Shown here: one piece after another, positions 1 through 9,741 of the stretch | Position numbering within the stretch: the stretch's first letter is position 1 | How the letters are laid out: the number at the start of each line of letters is the position of its first letter | From: Bacillales bacterium UBA1719 | Lineage (GTDB): Bacteria > Bacillota_I > Bacilli_A > RFN20 > CAG-826 | DNA: 64,000 nt | Assembly: GCA_002317145.1 (NCBI GenBank) | Contig: DCIT01000003.1 | Location: forward strand, 23,492-87,491 | Direction: 5' to 3' | Notes under the pieces: model-generated | The model's input: the letters and a program-made list of their open reading frames with translations, nothing else | Told to the model about the DNA's origin: nothing | Database searches by the model: none | Made by a program: the position numbers and the translations under genes

Positions 1-1
1 T

Positions 2-2074
2 AAATCTGTATTCCACGAAGAATTCCCAAAAGATCCTAAAGCTCAATTAATTGAAGCTGTTGCAGCAGTCTTTAGAAGCTGGGATAACCCAAGAGCGAAC
101 GTTTATCGTAAGATGAACAATATTCCATATGAATGGGGTACTGCTGTTAACGTTCAATCAATGGCTTTCGGTAATAAAGGAGATACATCCGGTACTGGTG
201 TTGCTTTCTCTCGTTCTCCATCAAATGGTGAAAAGAAAGTATTCGCTGAGTATTTACCAAATGCTCAAGGTGAAGACGTTGTTGCTGGTATTCGTACACC
301 ACTTCATATCGAAGAATTAAAAACAAGAATGCCAGGTGTCTATAAACAATTCATGGATACCATTACTAAAATGGAAGCCCATTATAAAGATATGCAAGAT
401 ATGGAATTTACTGTTGAAGATGGTAAGTTATATTTCTTACAAACTCGTAATGGTAAGAGAACTGCTGGTGCAGCATTAAAGATTGCCTGTGACTTAGTCG
501 AAGAAGGCGTTATTGATACTGATGAAGCAGTCTTACGTGTTGAACCTAATGCATTAAATACATTATTACATCCAGGATTTGACACAAATGAATTAAAGAA
601 ATTAAAACCTGCTGTTGCTGGTTTACCAGCCTCTCCAGGTGCAGGAACTGGTAAAATCTGTTTCACTGCTGAAGAAGCTGAAACAAGACATAAGAATGGT
701 GAAAAAGTCATTCTTTGTAGAGCCGAAACTTCTCCTGAAGATATCGTCGGTATGGTCAGCTCAGAAGCGATCTTAACTATGAGAGGTGGTATGACAAGTC
801 ATGCCGCTGTCGTTGCTCGTGGTATGGGTAAATGCTGTGTTGCTGGTTGTGGTGGCGCAAAGATTGATGAAGAGAAGAGAACTGTTACTATTAACGGTAT
901 TGCTTATACCGATAAAGATACCATTTCTATTGATGGTTCTACTGGTAACGTTTATATTGGAGCGATTAAGACTGTTGAACCAAGTTTATCTGGTTACTTT
1001 GGTACATTAATGGGATGGGCAGATAAAGCTCGTAAATTAAAAGTTAGAGCAAATGCTGATACTCCAAGAGACGCTAAACAAGCAGCCAAGTTTGGTGCAG
1101 AAGGTATTGGATTATGCCGTACTGAACATATGTTCTTTGCGGAAGATAGAATCTTCCATATGAGAAAGATGATTTTATCTGATACTACTGAAGGTAGAAT
1201 TAAAGCTCTTAACGAATTATTACCATATCAAAGAAAAGACTTCTATGAGTTATATATGGCGATGGATGGAAAGAACGTTAATATTCGTTTATTAGATCCA
1301 CCACTTCATGAATTCTTACCTCAAGAAGAAGACAAGATTGAAGAACTTGCGACTGCTTTAAATATTTCAGTTGAACAAATTAAAGCACGTATTGATTCTT
1401 TACATGAATTCAACCCAATGATGGGACATCGTGGATGCCGTCTTGATGTTTCTTATCCAGAGATCGGAAAGATGCAAGCAACCGCAATTATTGAAGCTGC
1501 TTTAAAAGCTCAAAAAGATTTAAAGAAACCAATAACTGCTGAAATCATGATTCCATTAATTCTTGATCCAAAAGAATTTAAATATGTTAAAAACATTATC
1601 ACTGAAACCGCTGATGCAATCATTGCTAAGAGCGGAGAAAAATTAGAGTATCACGTTGGTAACATGATTGAAATTCCACGTGCAGCTTTATTAGCAGGTG
1701 AAATCGCTAAAGATTCTAAATTCTTCAGCTTTGGTACAAACGACTTAACTCAAATGACATTTGGATTCAGCCGTGATGATGCTGGCAAATTCTTACCAGA
1801 TTATTATGCAACCAAAATCTTTGAACAAGATCCATTCGCAAGTGTTGATCAACATGGTGTTGGACAATTAATTAGAATGGCTGTTGAAAATGGTCGTAAA
1901 GCTAATAAAGGTTTACACTGTGGTGTTTGCGGTGAACATGGTGGAGATCCAGTCTCTATCGAATTCTTCCACAATGTTGGATTAGATTATGTTTCTTGCT
2001 CACCATTCCGTGTTCCAGTTGCAAGATTAGCTGCTGCTCAAGCTGCTATTAAAGCAAAACGCGCAAAGAAATAA
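2..2074 (+). CDS. ppdK: pyruvate, phosphate dikinase, C-terminal ~690 aa (5' end lies upstream of window; frame open from nt 2)
   Basis: Frame 2 is open from the window edge. The translation contains typical PPDK segments (FRSWDNPRANVYRK, the GGMTSHAAVVARGMG phospho-His region and the LCRTEHMFF PEP-utilizing domain), is 650+ aa long, and is followed by a terminator. Confidence 0.93.
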   Translation, partial: KSVFHEEFPKDPKAQLIEAVAAVFRSWDNPRANVYRKMNNIPYEWGTAVNVQSMAFGNKGDTSGTGVAFSRSPSNGEKKVFAEYLPNAQGEDVVAGIRTPLHIEELKTRMPGVYKQFMDTITKMEAHYKDMQDMEFTVEDGKLYFLQTRNGKRTAGAALKIACDLVEEGVIDTDEAVLRVEPNALNTLLHPGFDTNELKKLKPAVAGLPASPGAGTGKICFTAEEAETRHKNGEKVILCRAETSPEDIVGMVSSEAILTMRGGMTSHAAVVARGMGKCCVAGCGGAKIDEEKRTVTINGIAYTDKDTISIDGSTGNVYIGAIKTVEPSLSGYFGTLMGWADKARKLKVRANADTPRDAKQAAKFGAEGIGLCRTEHMFFAEDRIFHMRKMILSDTTEGRIKALNELLPYQRKDFYELYMAMDGKNVNIRLLDPPLHEFLPQEEDKIEELATALNISVEQIKARIDSLHEFNPMMGHRGCRLDVSYPEIGKMQATAIIEAALKAQKDLKKPITAEIMIPLILDPKEFKYVKNIITETADAIIAKSGEKLEYHVGNMIEIPRAALLAGEIAKDSKFFSFGTNDLTQMTFGFSRDDAGKFLPDYYATKIFEQDPFASVDQHGVGQLIRMAVENGRKANKGLHCGVCGEHGGDPVSIEFFHNVGLDYVSCSPFRVPVARLAAAQAAIKAKRAKK

Positions 2075-2094
2075 TTAGTTATTAATAGTAATAA

Positions 2095-2120
2095 AGCCGC
2101 TGAAAGTCAGTGGCTTTTTA
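2095..2120 (+). terminator. rho-independent terminator after ppdK
   Basis: Hairpin agccgctg/cagtggct followed by a T-run. Confidence 0.6.
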
Positions 2121-2180
2121 CTTTTTATTACTATATATATTTATTTAGTCTTATAATTATTTTTATTGTAGGAGACTTAT

Positions 2181-2783
2181 ATGAACAAACTTATTAATAA
2201 TCAAACTCTTAAAATTGCATTAGGAATAATTATTGGAATTACAGGTGTATTAACTGTTATATTTTCTATTTTAAATTTAGCGAAAGTAGAAAGCGTTAAC
2301 CCATCTACTGTATTGCAATTCTTAATCGGAGTTATATTAGTGGTTATTGGAACTTCTGTTTCGGTTTTAGCTATTTTTTCTGAATCTCCAGCTAAACCAG
2401 TTGCATTTATAAGTGCTGCTATTGTATTAGGACTTGGAATTAGTTTATTTATCCAAGAAGGCGTTGTTTATTCAATTGTTGGACTAGTCTTCCCTATTGT
2501 TGTTGCTTGCTTTGGCACATTAACATTTATTCTTAGCATCGTTCAAGGTATTAAGAAGACTAATAATAAATTTGTATTAAATATGATTCTCTCTGCTGGA
2601 TTAATTGCTGCAGGTGTTTGTTTTGCAGTATTTAATAAGAATACAACTTTACAAGCAATCATCTGGTTATTAATTGGTTTTACGATTATTGCCTTATCAA
2701 TTATTTATATTGTTTTCACAATTAAAGGCAGATCATTTAAAGCTAAAATATCTAACTCAAATAAGAGTGAAGATATTCATTAA
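2181..2783 (+). CDS. hypothetical polytopic membrane protein (about 6 TM)
   Basis: 200 aa ORF with strongly hydrophobic segments, its own start and an upstream AT-rich promoter region. No recognisable catalytic motif. Confidence 0.55.
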   Translation: MNKLINNQTLKIALGIIIGITGVLTVIFSILNLAKVESVNPSTVLQFLIGVILVVIGTSVSVLAIFSESPAKPVAFISAAIVLGLGISLFIQEGVVYSIVGLVFPIVVACFGTLTFILSIVQGIKKTNNKFVLNMILSAGLIAAGVCFAVFNKNTTLQAIIWLLIGFTIIALSIIYIVFTIKGRSFKAKISNSNKSEDIH

Positions 2784-2790
2784 TTTTTAT

Positions 2791-3039
2791 TTATAATACG
2801 TTACCGTAAAATTCTAAATCGTTGTTGGAATTAACATTACCAACTAATTTGTCTCGTAGATAAATATCTCCGCCATCTTCGATATAACCTACGTTATCAT
2901 CACCGATATATAAATCTCCATCTTCAGTGAGTTCCATAAATTTCTTACCAGAAATATAAATAAAACCATCACCGTCGATATAGCCAACTAGTTTGCTATC
3001 TATATAAACATTCTTTCTATAACAATCAACAAATATCAT
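2791..3039 (-). CDS. small acidic beta-repeat protein (about 4 copies of a G-Y-I-D/E-G-D-G-x-I-Y-like unit), translationally coupled to the upstream GlmU-like gene
   Basis: Its start ATG at 3037..3039 overlaps the stop of the upstream CDS by 1 nt. It has an internal ~20 aa tandem repeat rich in Gly, Asp and Tyr. Confidence 0.45.
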   Translation of the reverse strand: MIFVDCYRKNVYIDSKLVGYIDGDGFIYISGKKFMELTEDGDLYIGDDNVGYIEDGGDIYLRDKLVGNVNSNNDLEFYGNVL

Positions 3040-4019
3040 TATTTTATTTTCTTATTATTTTTAATATAACTGAATGGTTCAATTACAGTGTTATTTTTAA
3101 TTTTCGAATTAATAATGTAAGAGTTCGCACCTATAAAACAATTATTACCAATTACACTATTACCAGAAATAATAACTCCTGGTTCAATGCATGTATCTGG
3201 TCCAATTTTTACATATGGTCCAATATGCGCAGAGTAAATATCCATAATTGAAACACCATTTAACATGTGTTCTTTATTGATTCTATTTTGTAATTTCTTT
3301 CTCGCTAAAGATAGTTGATAACGATCATTTATACCATCCATTTCTTCAGGATTTTCCATAGTTTTAACACCAACTCTAGCTCTTCCTTTTAAGAAGATAG
3401 AAATTAATTGAGTTAAATAATATTCTTTCTTTGTGTTGTTATTTGTCATGCGTGAAAGACCAATTAATAAATCTTTGTTATTGAATATTGCAACACCAGT
3501 ATTTACTTCTTGAATCTTCTTTTCTGCAGCGTTCGCGTCAGTCTCTTCCACTACTTTAACTAAGTTATGATATTTATCTCTTACAATTCTTCCATATCCT
3601 TTTGGATTAGGAACAATGGCGGATAATAATGTTTGATCATAATTATTTTTAACGTGGAAATCGATTAAGTCTTTTAAGGTTTCAGTTCTAATTAATGGAG
3701 CATCGCCGCATAAGACTAATGTCATCTCTTTATTAGTATTTTTAATGAACTTCTTTGCTTGTAAAACAGCATGGCCAGTACCTTTTTGTTCTTTTTGCCA
3801 GACAATTTCAGTATCTTTACCAACTATTTTTTTGGTCGTCTCTCCACCAAAGCCAACAACAGTAATTATTCTTTTTGGTTTAACGCCTTTAACAGCATTT
3901 AAAACATACTCCACTACTGGAGCGCCTAATATAGGATAAGAAACTTTTGAACACTTTGGATTGATTGATTTCATGCGACTTCCTTTTCCAGCCGCTAAGA
4001 TAATAACGTTTAAGTTCAT
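3039..4019 (-). CDS. GlmU-like sugar-1-phosphate nucleotidyltransferase with a short C-terminal hexapeptide (LbH) segment; shorter than bifunctional GlmU
   Basis: N-terminal NTP-transferase signature LAAGKGSRMKS plus C-terminal hexapeptide repeats. Only 326 aa, against about 450 for full GlmU. It sits downstream of ispE as glmU does in Bacillus. Confidence 0.75.
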   Translation of the reverse strand: MNLNVIILAAGKGSRMKSINPKCSKVSYPILGAPVVEYVLNAVKGVKPKRIITVVGFGGETTKKIVGKDTEIVWQKEQKGTGHAVLQAKKFIKNTNKEMTLVLCGDAPLIRTETLKDLIDFHVKNNYDQTLLSAIVPNPKGYGRIVRDKYHNLVKVVEETDANAAEKKIQEVNTGVAIFNNKDLLIGLSRMTNNNTKKEYYLTQLISIFLKGRARVGVKTMENPEEMDGINDRYQLSLARKKLQNRINKEHMLNGVSIMDIYSAHIGPYVKIGPDTCIEPGVIISGNSVIGNNCFIGANSYIINSKIKNNTVIEPFSYIKNNKKIK

Positions 4020-4052
4020 ATTTAAATCTCCGTAATTATTTTACCATAGAAA

Positions 4053-4901
4053 CTACTTATGTAGTTTGGTATAAAAAGCTGTATAGTTTAATTTTCTTAA
4101 ATAGTTCGCAGTATCTTCAATTAAATATCTATCATGACTTAATGAAAATACAGCTGTACCTGATCCAGTCATCATTGTTAATTTAAGTCCTTTAGAAATT
4201 AAGAAATTTTTAATCTCTTTTATCTTTGAACATTTTTTCATTGCAGGAGTTTCTAGACTATTAGAGATATATTTTTCTAATAAATTATCATCGCCATTTT
4301 TTAAAGCTTCGATTACTTTTTCAATATTAGTTACTTTAATTTTTTCTTTATCGATTTCTTGATAAATATCTTTAGTTGATAGCCCTTGTTTTGGTTTAGT
4401 AATTAAAACATAATAATCGTTTTTAACTTCTATTGGTTCGATTATTTCTCCGATTCCACGCACTCTTGCAGGTTTATTTATAACAAAGAAAGGTATATCA
4501 CTTCCAATAGGTAATAGCATTTTAATTGCTTCTTCATCAGATATTTTTAATCTAAATTTTTTGTTATAAAACTTAAAGATAGTAGCCGCATCTGCACTAC
4601 CACCGCCCATGCCTGCTTCCATAGGTATTTCTTTATAAATAGAGAATTCGTATTTCTTTTTAATATTGTATTTTTCAGTTATTAATTTAATTACTTTTCC
4701 ACATATATCATTATGATTAATAGCAATTGCTCCATCATTTAAAATAACTTTATTTTCTTGTTTTTTGCTTAATCTAGAAACAGCGATTGTATCGTGTACT
4801 CTTAAAGGCAACATGACCATATCTAGTTCATGATATCCATCTTTTCTTTTGCCGATTACATTTAAGGCTATATTAATTTTCCCATGAGCTTTTAAATACA
4901 T
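4053..4901 (-). CDS. ispE: 4-diphosphocytidyl-2-C-methyl-D-erythritol kinase (GHMP kinase, MEP pathway)
   Basis: GHMP kinase motif PMEAGMGGGSADAAT, 282 aa, conserved position between rsmA and glmU. Confidence 0.82.
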   Translation of the reverse strand: MYLKAHGKINIALNVIGKRKDGYHELDMVMLPLRVHDTIAVSRLSKKQENKVILNDGAIAINHNDICGKVIKLITEKYNIKKKYEFSIYKEIPMEAGMGGGSADAATIFKFYNKKFRLKISDEEAIKMLLPIGSDIPFFVINKPARVRGIGEIIEPIEVKNDYYVLITKPKQGLSTKDIYQEIDKEKIKVTNIEKVIEALKNGDDNLLEKYISNSLETPAMKKCSKIKEIKNFLISKGLKLTMMTGSGTAVFSLSHDRYLIEDTANYLRKLNYTAFYTKLHK

Positions 4902-5692
4902 AAATTAAATATATCCATATATGTTTGAGGATCAATTTGTTCTGGTCTAGTTAATATTGATATCTTCAATTTTTCTAATACCTCTTTAGCTTTATCTTTA
5001 TTCATTAAATACAAAGACAAATTGTTATAAATTGTTTTTCTTCTATGCAAAAACATGCGTTTTAAAAATTGAAGATATTTATATTTATCAAATTTATTAT
5101 TTTTATTTATTGATATAGAAAATACAGTTGAATCTATGTGCGGTTGTGGCATAAATGCTGACTTATTTACGTTTAATTCGGATTTATAAACGCCTATAGT
5201 TTTTGTTAAAACTGCTAAAGGACCATATTCTTCACTTCCGACTTTCGCATTAATTCTATTAGTAACTTCTTTTTGAACCATGAACACATATTTAGATGCA
5301 TTTCCTTTAGTTAATAGATGTTCTAATAAATCATTTGTTATGTAGTAGGGCAGATTCCCAATTATTTTTGAATATGTAGATACACTTAACTTCAATGCAG
5401 ATTTATTAACAACATATGCTCTTCTTTTATTAGCAGTTAATTGATCTAAATATTCAATAGAACGAGGATCTATATCATTAAAAGTAATTGTTTTATAAGG
5501 TTTTTCTAGCATAAAGATACTTAGCGATCCAAAACCTGAACCGATTTCTAAAATATCATCTTTATCATTGATATCTAAAAAATTAACGATTTTTTTTGCG
5601 ATTTCTTGGTCAATTAAATAGTTCTGCCCGAGTTCTTTATTGGCAAATTTCGACATTTCTTTGATGGTATTAAAATAACTATCTATTTGCAT
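4892..5692 (-). CDS. rsmA: 16S rRNA (adenine1518/1519-N6)-dimethyltransferase RsmA/KsgA
   Basis: LGQNYLID, SAM-binding EIGSGFGSLS and NLPY motifs, 266 aa. Confidence 0.9.
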   Translation of the reverse strand: MQIDSYFNTIKEMSKFANKELGQNYLIDQEIAKKIVNFLDINDKDDILEIGSGFGSLSIFMLEKPYKTITFNDIDPRSIEYLDQLTANKRRAYVVNKSALKLSVSTYSKIIGNLPYYITNDLLEHLLTKGNASKYVFMVQKEVTNRINAKVGSEEYGPLAVLTKTIGVYKSELNVNKSAFMPQPHIDSTVFSISINKNNKFDKYKYLQFLKRMFLHRRKTIYNNLSLYLMNKDKAKEVLEKLKISILTRPEQIDPQTYMDIFNLCI

Positions 5693-5990
5693 CTATTAAA
5701 ATATAGCATATATTTAGTCATTTTTTAAGATAACTACACCGAATGTTTCACGTTATTAAAAAATACGATAAAACCACACATTTATTTATTAAGAGAATAA
5801 GAAATTAAAGATTTTAAGGCATAATTTTTCTGCTAATTGCAAAAAGTAAGGTTTTATCGTATATTTTTGTTATTTACAAAGCACTGTTTTGTTTTCACGT
5901 GAAACAATTTAATCATATTTATGTAGTTAAAATGTCTAAAAACTAGCAATTTTTTGTAATAATTTTTATTTCATTAATAATTAATATAAA
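5693..5990. promoter_or_regulatory. 300-nt AT-rich noncoding region upstream of rsmA with a repeated GTTTCACG motif, a TTTCACGTGAAA palindrome and a 13-18 bp long-range inverted repeat
   Basis: The motif occurs at about 5741, 5895 (palindromic) and 5997. The perfect inverted repeat is atacgataaaacc (5763-5775) / ggttttatcgtat (5850-5862). Confidence 0.4.
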
Positions 5991-6782
5991 TTAGTGATGT
6001 TTCACGGAGAATAACAAATCAAAGTTATTTGTTGTTATTTTTTCTAATTCTTCAATACTAATTTTTCTTATATTTGCGAGTTCTTTTGCAACATATGGTA
6101 AGTATTTAGAATGGTTTTCAGTTCCTCTAAAAGGAACAGGAGTTAAATATGGAGCGTCTGTCTCTAATAAAATACAATCAAGTGGCATTACTTCTACAGC
6201 TTCTTTTAAAACGCGAGAGTTTTTAAATGTAAGCACGCCGCCGATACCAAAATAAAATCCTAATTTAGTGAATCTTTCGACATATTCTTTCCCTGCAGGA
6301 TAACAATGTAAGATTCCGCCTTTATTAACTTTATTATTGTTTAATACTTCATATGTATCATTAATAGCATCACGAGAATGAATAACTATAGGAAGATTAT
6401 GTTTATTAGCTAAATTAATAAACTTAATAAAGTATTCAATCTGTCTTTTTTTCTCATTAATATCTTTTTCCCAATAGTAATCTAAACCTATTTCTCCAAC
6501 AGCAACTACTTTAGGATTAGATAATAATTTTTCTATCTTATTAAAATCATCTTCATCCATCTTTTTAACATCGGACGGATGCACTCCTACCGCAGCATAA
6601 ACATTGGGATATCTTTTTGCTATATTAACTGCATCTATCGAACTTTTTAAGTCCCAACCTACACATAAAAATCCTTTAACATTTACTTCATCGCATTCTT
6701 TAATATATTGATCAATATTATCTATAAAAGTTTCGTGATTAAGATGTGAATGTGAATCTATAAACATATTATTTACCAACAC
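5991..6782 (-). CDS. tatD: TatD family metal-dependent DNase/hydrolase
   Basis: N-terminal DSHSHL, TIM-barrel TatD pattern, 263 aa. Overlaps the mnmE start. Confidence 0.9.
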   Translation of the reverse strand: MLVNNMFIDSHSHLNHETFIDNIDQYIKECDEVNVKGFLCVGWDLKSSIDAVNIAKRYPNVYAAVGVHPSDVKKMDEDDFNKIEKLLSNPKVVAVGEIGLDYYWEKDINEKKRQIEYFIKFINLANKHNLPIVIHSRDAINDTYEVLNNNKVNKGGILHCYPAGKEYVERFTKLGFYFGIGGVLTFKNSRVLKEAVEVMPLDCILLETDAPYLTPVPFRGTENHSKYLPYVAKELANIRKISIEELEKITTNNFDLLFSVKHH

Positions 6783-8088
6783 AAAAACGTGAGAATATTT
6801 CTTTACTTAAATCAGTAGTGTTACTTTCACCAAGTATTTCTAAAATTAAATTTAATATTTCATCAATATGCACCATTAATAAATCTAACGGAGTCTTTTT
6901 CTTTAACTCAATTAATGTCTCATCTATCGATTTATTAATGCGCTTTAATAACGCTAATTCACGAGCATTTGCTAAACATGGATGATTGAATGCAACGTCG
7001 CTAATTCCAACAACTTTTTTAATTTTAGTTATTAAAGCATTTATATTTTTCTTCTTTGCAGAAATATATAAATGTTTATTGTCTTTATTCTTAATTAAAT
7101 CAGATTTATTTATTACTTCTATAACATTTTTATTATTTAAATTAACAATCTTTTCATTATTAACTTTATCTTTAACATAGATAATTAAATCAGCATCTTT
7201 AATAGCTTTTAATGTCTTATTAACTCCGATGGATTCAATCTTATTTTTACTTAATCTTATTCCTGCAGTATCTAATAAATGAATAGGAATTCCTCCTATT
7301 TGTAAATCACCTTCAACGATGTCTCTTGTAGTACCTGGGATATTAGTGACTATGGCTTTGTCTTCTTTAATCAAAGCATTTAATAAGGTTGATTTACCAA
7401 CATTAGGTTTACCAATTATAGCGACTTTAATTCCTTCTTTAATTATTAAACCTTGTTCACCATTTATTATTAATTTATCTATTTTATTTTTAATATCTTT
7501 TAATTCTTTATTTATCTTTTTATAGGTTACTACTTCAATATCTTTATATTCTGGATAATCGATATTTACTTCTATATTAGAGATTAAATCTAATATTTGA
7601 GTTTTAATTGGTTTAATTAATTTAGAGGTTTCTCCATTTAATGCATAAGTAATAATATTCTTTGCTTCATTAGTAGTAGCGTTTATTAAATCGTTAATAG
7701 CTTCAGCTTGGATAATATCTATCTTTTTATTTAAATACGCGCGCATAGTGAATTCTCCATTCGTTGCCATGCGCATACCATTTTTAATAAATAAAGATAT
7801 TATCTCTTTATCAATTAAAATATTGCCGTGAGTCATTATTTCTATTGAATCTTCTCCGGTGTAGGAATGGGGATTTTTATAGGTAATAACTACGACTTGA
7901 TCAATTAACTTATTATTGTTTTTAATGCATCCAACATGTACGGTTCTCTTTTTATCTTTAAGAATATTTATAGAGAAAAATTTATTAACAATATTAAAGC
8001 AATTATCTCCGCTTATTCTAATCATATGAATTGCGGATTTAATTGGGGATGTTGCTAAAGCAATAATCGGTTTCATATTAATTAACAT
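6769..8088 (-). CDS. mnmE: tRNA modification GTPase MnmE (TrmE)
   Basis: G-domain GKPNVGKSTLLN and DTAG motifs, and a C-terminal CVGK tail. Confidence 0.92.
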   Translation of the reverse strand: MLINMKPIIALATSPIKSAIHMIRISGDNCFNIVNKFFSINILKDKKRTVHVGCIKNNNKLIDQVVVITYKNPHSYTGEDSIEIMTHGNILIDKEIISLFIKNGMRMATNGEFTMRAYLNKKIDIIQAEAINDLINATTNEAKNIITYALNGETSKLIKPIKTQILDLISNIEVNIDYPEYKDIEVVTYKKINKELKDIKNKIDKLIINGEQGLIIKEGIKVAIIGKPNVGKSTLLNALIKEDKAIVTNIPGTTRDIVEGDLQIGGIPIHLLDTAGIRLSKNKIESIGVNKTLKAIKDADLIIYVKDKVNNEKIVNLNNKNVIEVINKSDLIKNKDNKHLYISAKKKNINALITKIKKVVGISDVAFNHPCLANARELALLKRINKSIDETLIELKKKTPLDLLMVHIDEILNLILEILGESNTTDLSKEIFSRFCVGK

Positions 8089-8153
8089 TAATATTCTACA
8101 CTATTTATTTACTGATATAGTCATATGTTTTTGATACAATAATATTAATAAAT

Positions 8154-8921
8154 ATGATAGCAAATGCATCGAAAGTATTTAGCACAGAGTACATTGTATT
8201 TTTAATTATTTCTGCTGTATTAGTAGCCTTATTGTTGTTTTTATCTAAAAAATTCTTTATGAAAAAATTAGATTTAGAAATAAGAATATTAGCAATAATA
8301 TGGTTGCTTCTTGGGATAGGAAATAGAATTAGTGAAGTGTATGTTCATATATACACACTAAAAGAAGCTTTTTATTCGTGGAAAATGCTTATACCTTTCT
8401 CGATGTGTTCAATTATATCTATTGTTTTTCCGATTGCTCTATTAATAAATAAAGGTAATGGTAAATCACTTCATTTTCTTGTTTATATTGCTTTATTTGG
8501 ATCTATTTCCACTTTAGTTTATCCTAAATGGATTTCTTTAAGACCAAGCTTTTGGAACGTTGAAGTTCTTTTCGGACTAATTCATCACGTCATGATGCTA
8601 TTTATGTGTTTGTTCTTAATTATCACTAAAAAATTTAAACCTGAGACAAAGAATTATTATGTATTCTTTTTAGGTTATTCCATTATGATTTTATATGGAT
8701 TATTTTTATACACTTCTATATTTAATTACACAGATAAAATAAATATAACAAACATCAATAAACCCTTCTTTGATAAACTCCCTCATCTTACTTCATGGTG
8801 GGGCTTAATGCTTTGTTTAGGCGCAGGTTTATTAATCTTTTTGTTTATTTACGAAAAAGTAAAATATAAAACAACAACAAAAGATTTTCTTAAAAAAATA
8901 TTGAATTTAAAAGTTAAATAA
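8154..8921 (+). CDS. hypothetical polytopic membrane protein (YwaF-like topology?)
   Basis: 255 aa with 7-8 hydrophobic helices. Followed by a bidirectional terminator. Confidence 0.5.
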   Translation: MIANASKVFSTEYIVFLIISAVLVALLLFLSKKFFMKKLDLEIRILAIIWLLLGIGNRISEVYVHIYTLKEAFYSWKMLIPFSMCSIISIVFPIALLINKGNGKSLHFLVYIALFGSISTLVYPKWISLRPSFWNVEVLFGLIHHVMMLFMCLFLIITKKFKPETKNYYVFFLGYSIMILYGLFLYTSIFNYTDKINITNINKPFFDKLPHLTSWWGLMLCLGAGLLIFLFIYEKVKYKTTTKDFLKKILNLKVK

Positions 8922-8981
8922 TTAATTGGTTTTTATTTTACTTTATAAGACTTTTTTATCTTCTTCTTTAATTATATTAAT

Positions 8982-9016
8982 AAAAACGGGATATAAATTA
9001 ATTACATCCCGTTTAA
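8982..9016. terminator. bidirectional rho-independent terminator between convergent membrane-protein genes
   Basis: Stem aacgggat ... atcccgtt with flanking A/T runs. Confidence 0.55.
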
Positions 9017-9057
9017 TTAGTAAATATATTTATTAAATACTAAATCGTAAACTTAAA

Positions 9058-9624
9058 TTATTCAGCATCCCTTTTGCAAAACATACTGGCGATGACTAAA
9101 GATGCTGCTCCTAATAACATCATAATTGATGATATGATAGCTCCTGCGCCAAGTGAAAGTTTGCCATATTCTGTCAATGCTTTAATCGCTTCTGAAAGAG
9201 CCTTTTCATCAGTTATATGATTCTTACCAACAATAGCGCATGTAAACATCGAGTATTTTGAAGCAAGAATAAAAGTTGATCCTGTAATAACTAAAACACA
9301 AATAAGTGCTAATAGAACCATTATTGTTTTATTTTTAAATTTGTTTGTGAATAAGCCACAAATTAATATGATTAACAAAACTATTGCTATTATTAATAAC
9401 ATAAACGAAAACATAATCGTTCCATTAACACGCATATTATAGCTACTAGAATCAACAAATACTTTCCCACCAGTAATAAATGCAAATAATGATGCGCTCA
9501 TTTTCGAATTATCAGCTGTATAAGTAAATCCTGGTAACAACATAAATAAGATAGCTGCTATAAAAAATATACCTGTAGCAAGAACTAATGCTTTTACTGG
9601 ATTTTGTTTAATTTTTTCTATCAT
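9058..9624 (-). CDS. hypothetical membrane protein (4 TM)
   Basis: 188 aa hydrophobic ORF. Confidence 0.5.
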   Translation of the reverse strand: MIEKIKQNPVKALVLATGIFFIAAILFMLLPGFTYTADNSKMSASLFAFITGGKVFVDSSSYNMRVNGTIMFSFMLLIIAIVLLIILICGLFTNKFKNKTIMVLLALICVLVITGSTFILASKYSMFTCAIVGKNHITDEKALSEAIKALTEYGKLSLGAGAIISSIMMLLGAASLVIASMFCKRDAE

Positions 9625-9741
9625 TTTTTTAATCTCCTTTAATATTAATAAATAAATTAACCGTGAATATATTACTCAGTTAAAAACAAAACGCAATATA
9701 AAATTACAGAAAATTTAATTTGCTTATTTTATCGATGTTAT

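Noticed and set aside
129-1010. Short ORFs 129..320(+), 382..711(-) and 801..1010(+) from the six-frame track
   Set aside because: All lie inside, or antisense to, the strongly supported ppdK reading frame. Their low-complexity hydrophobic translations are typical of AT-rich off-frame artefacts.
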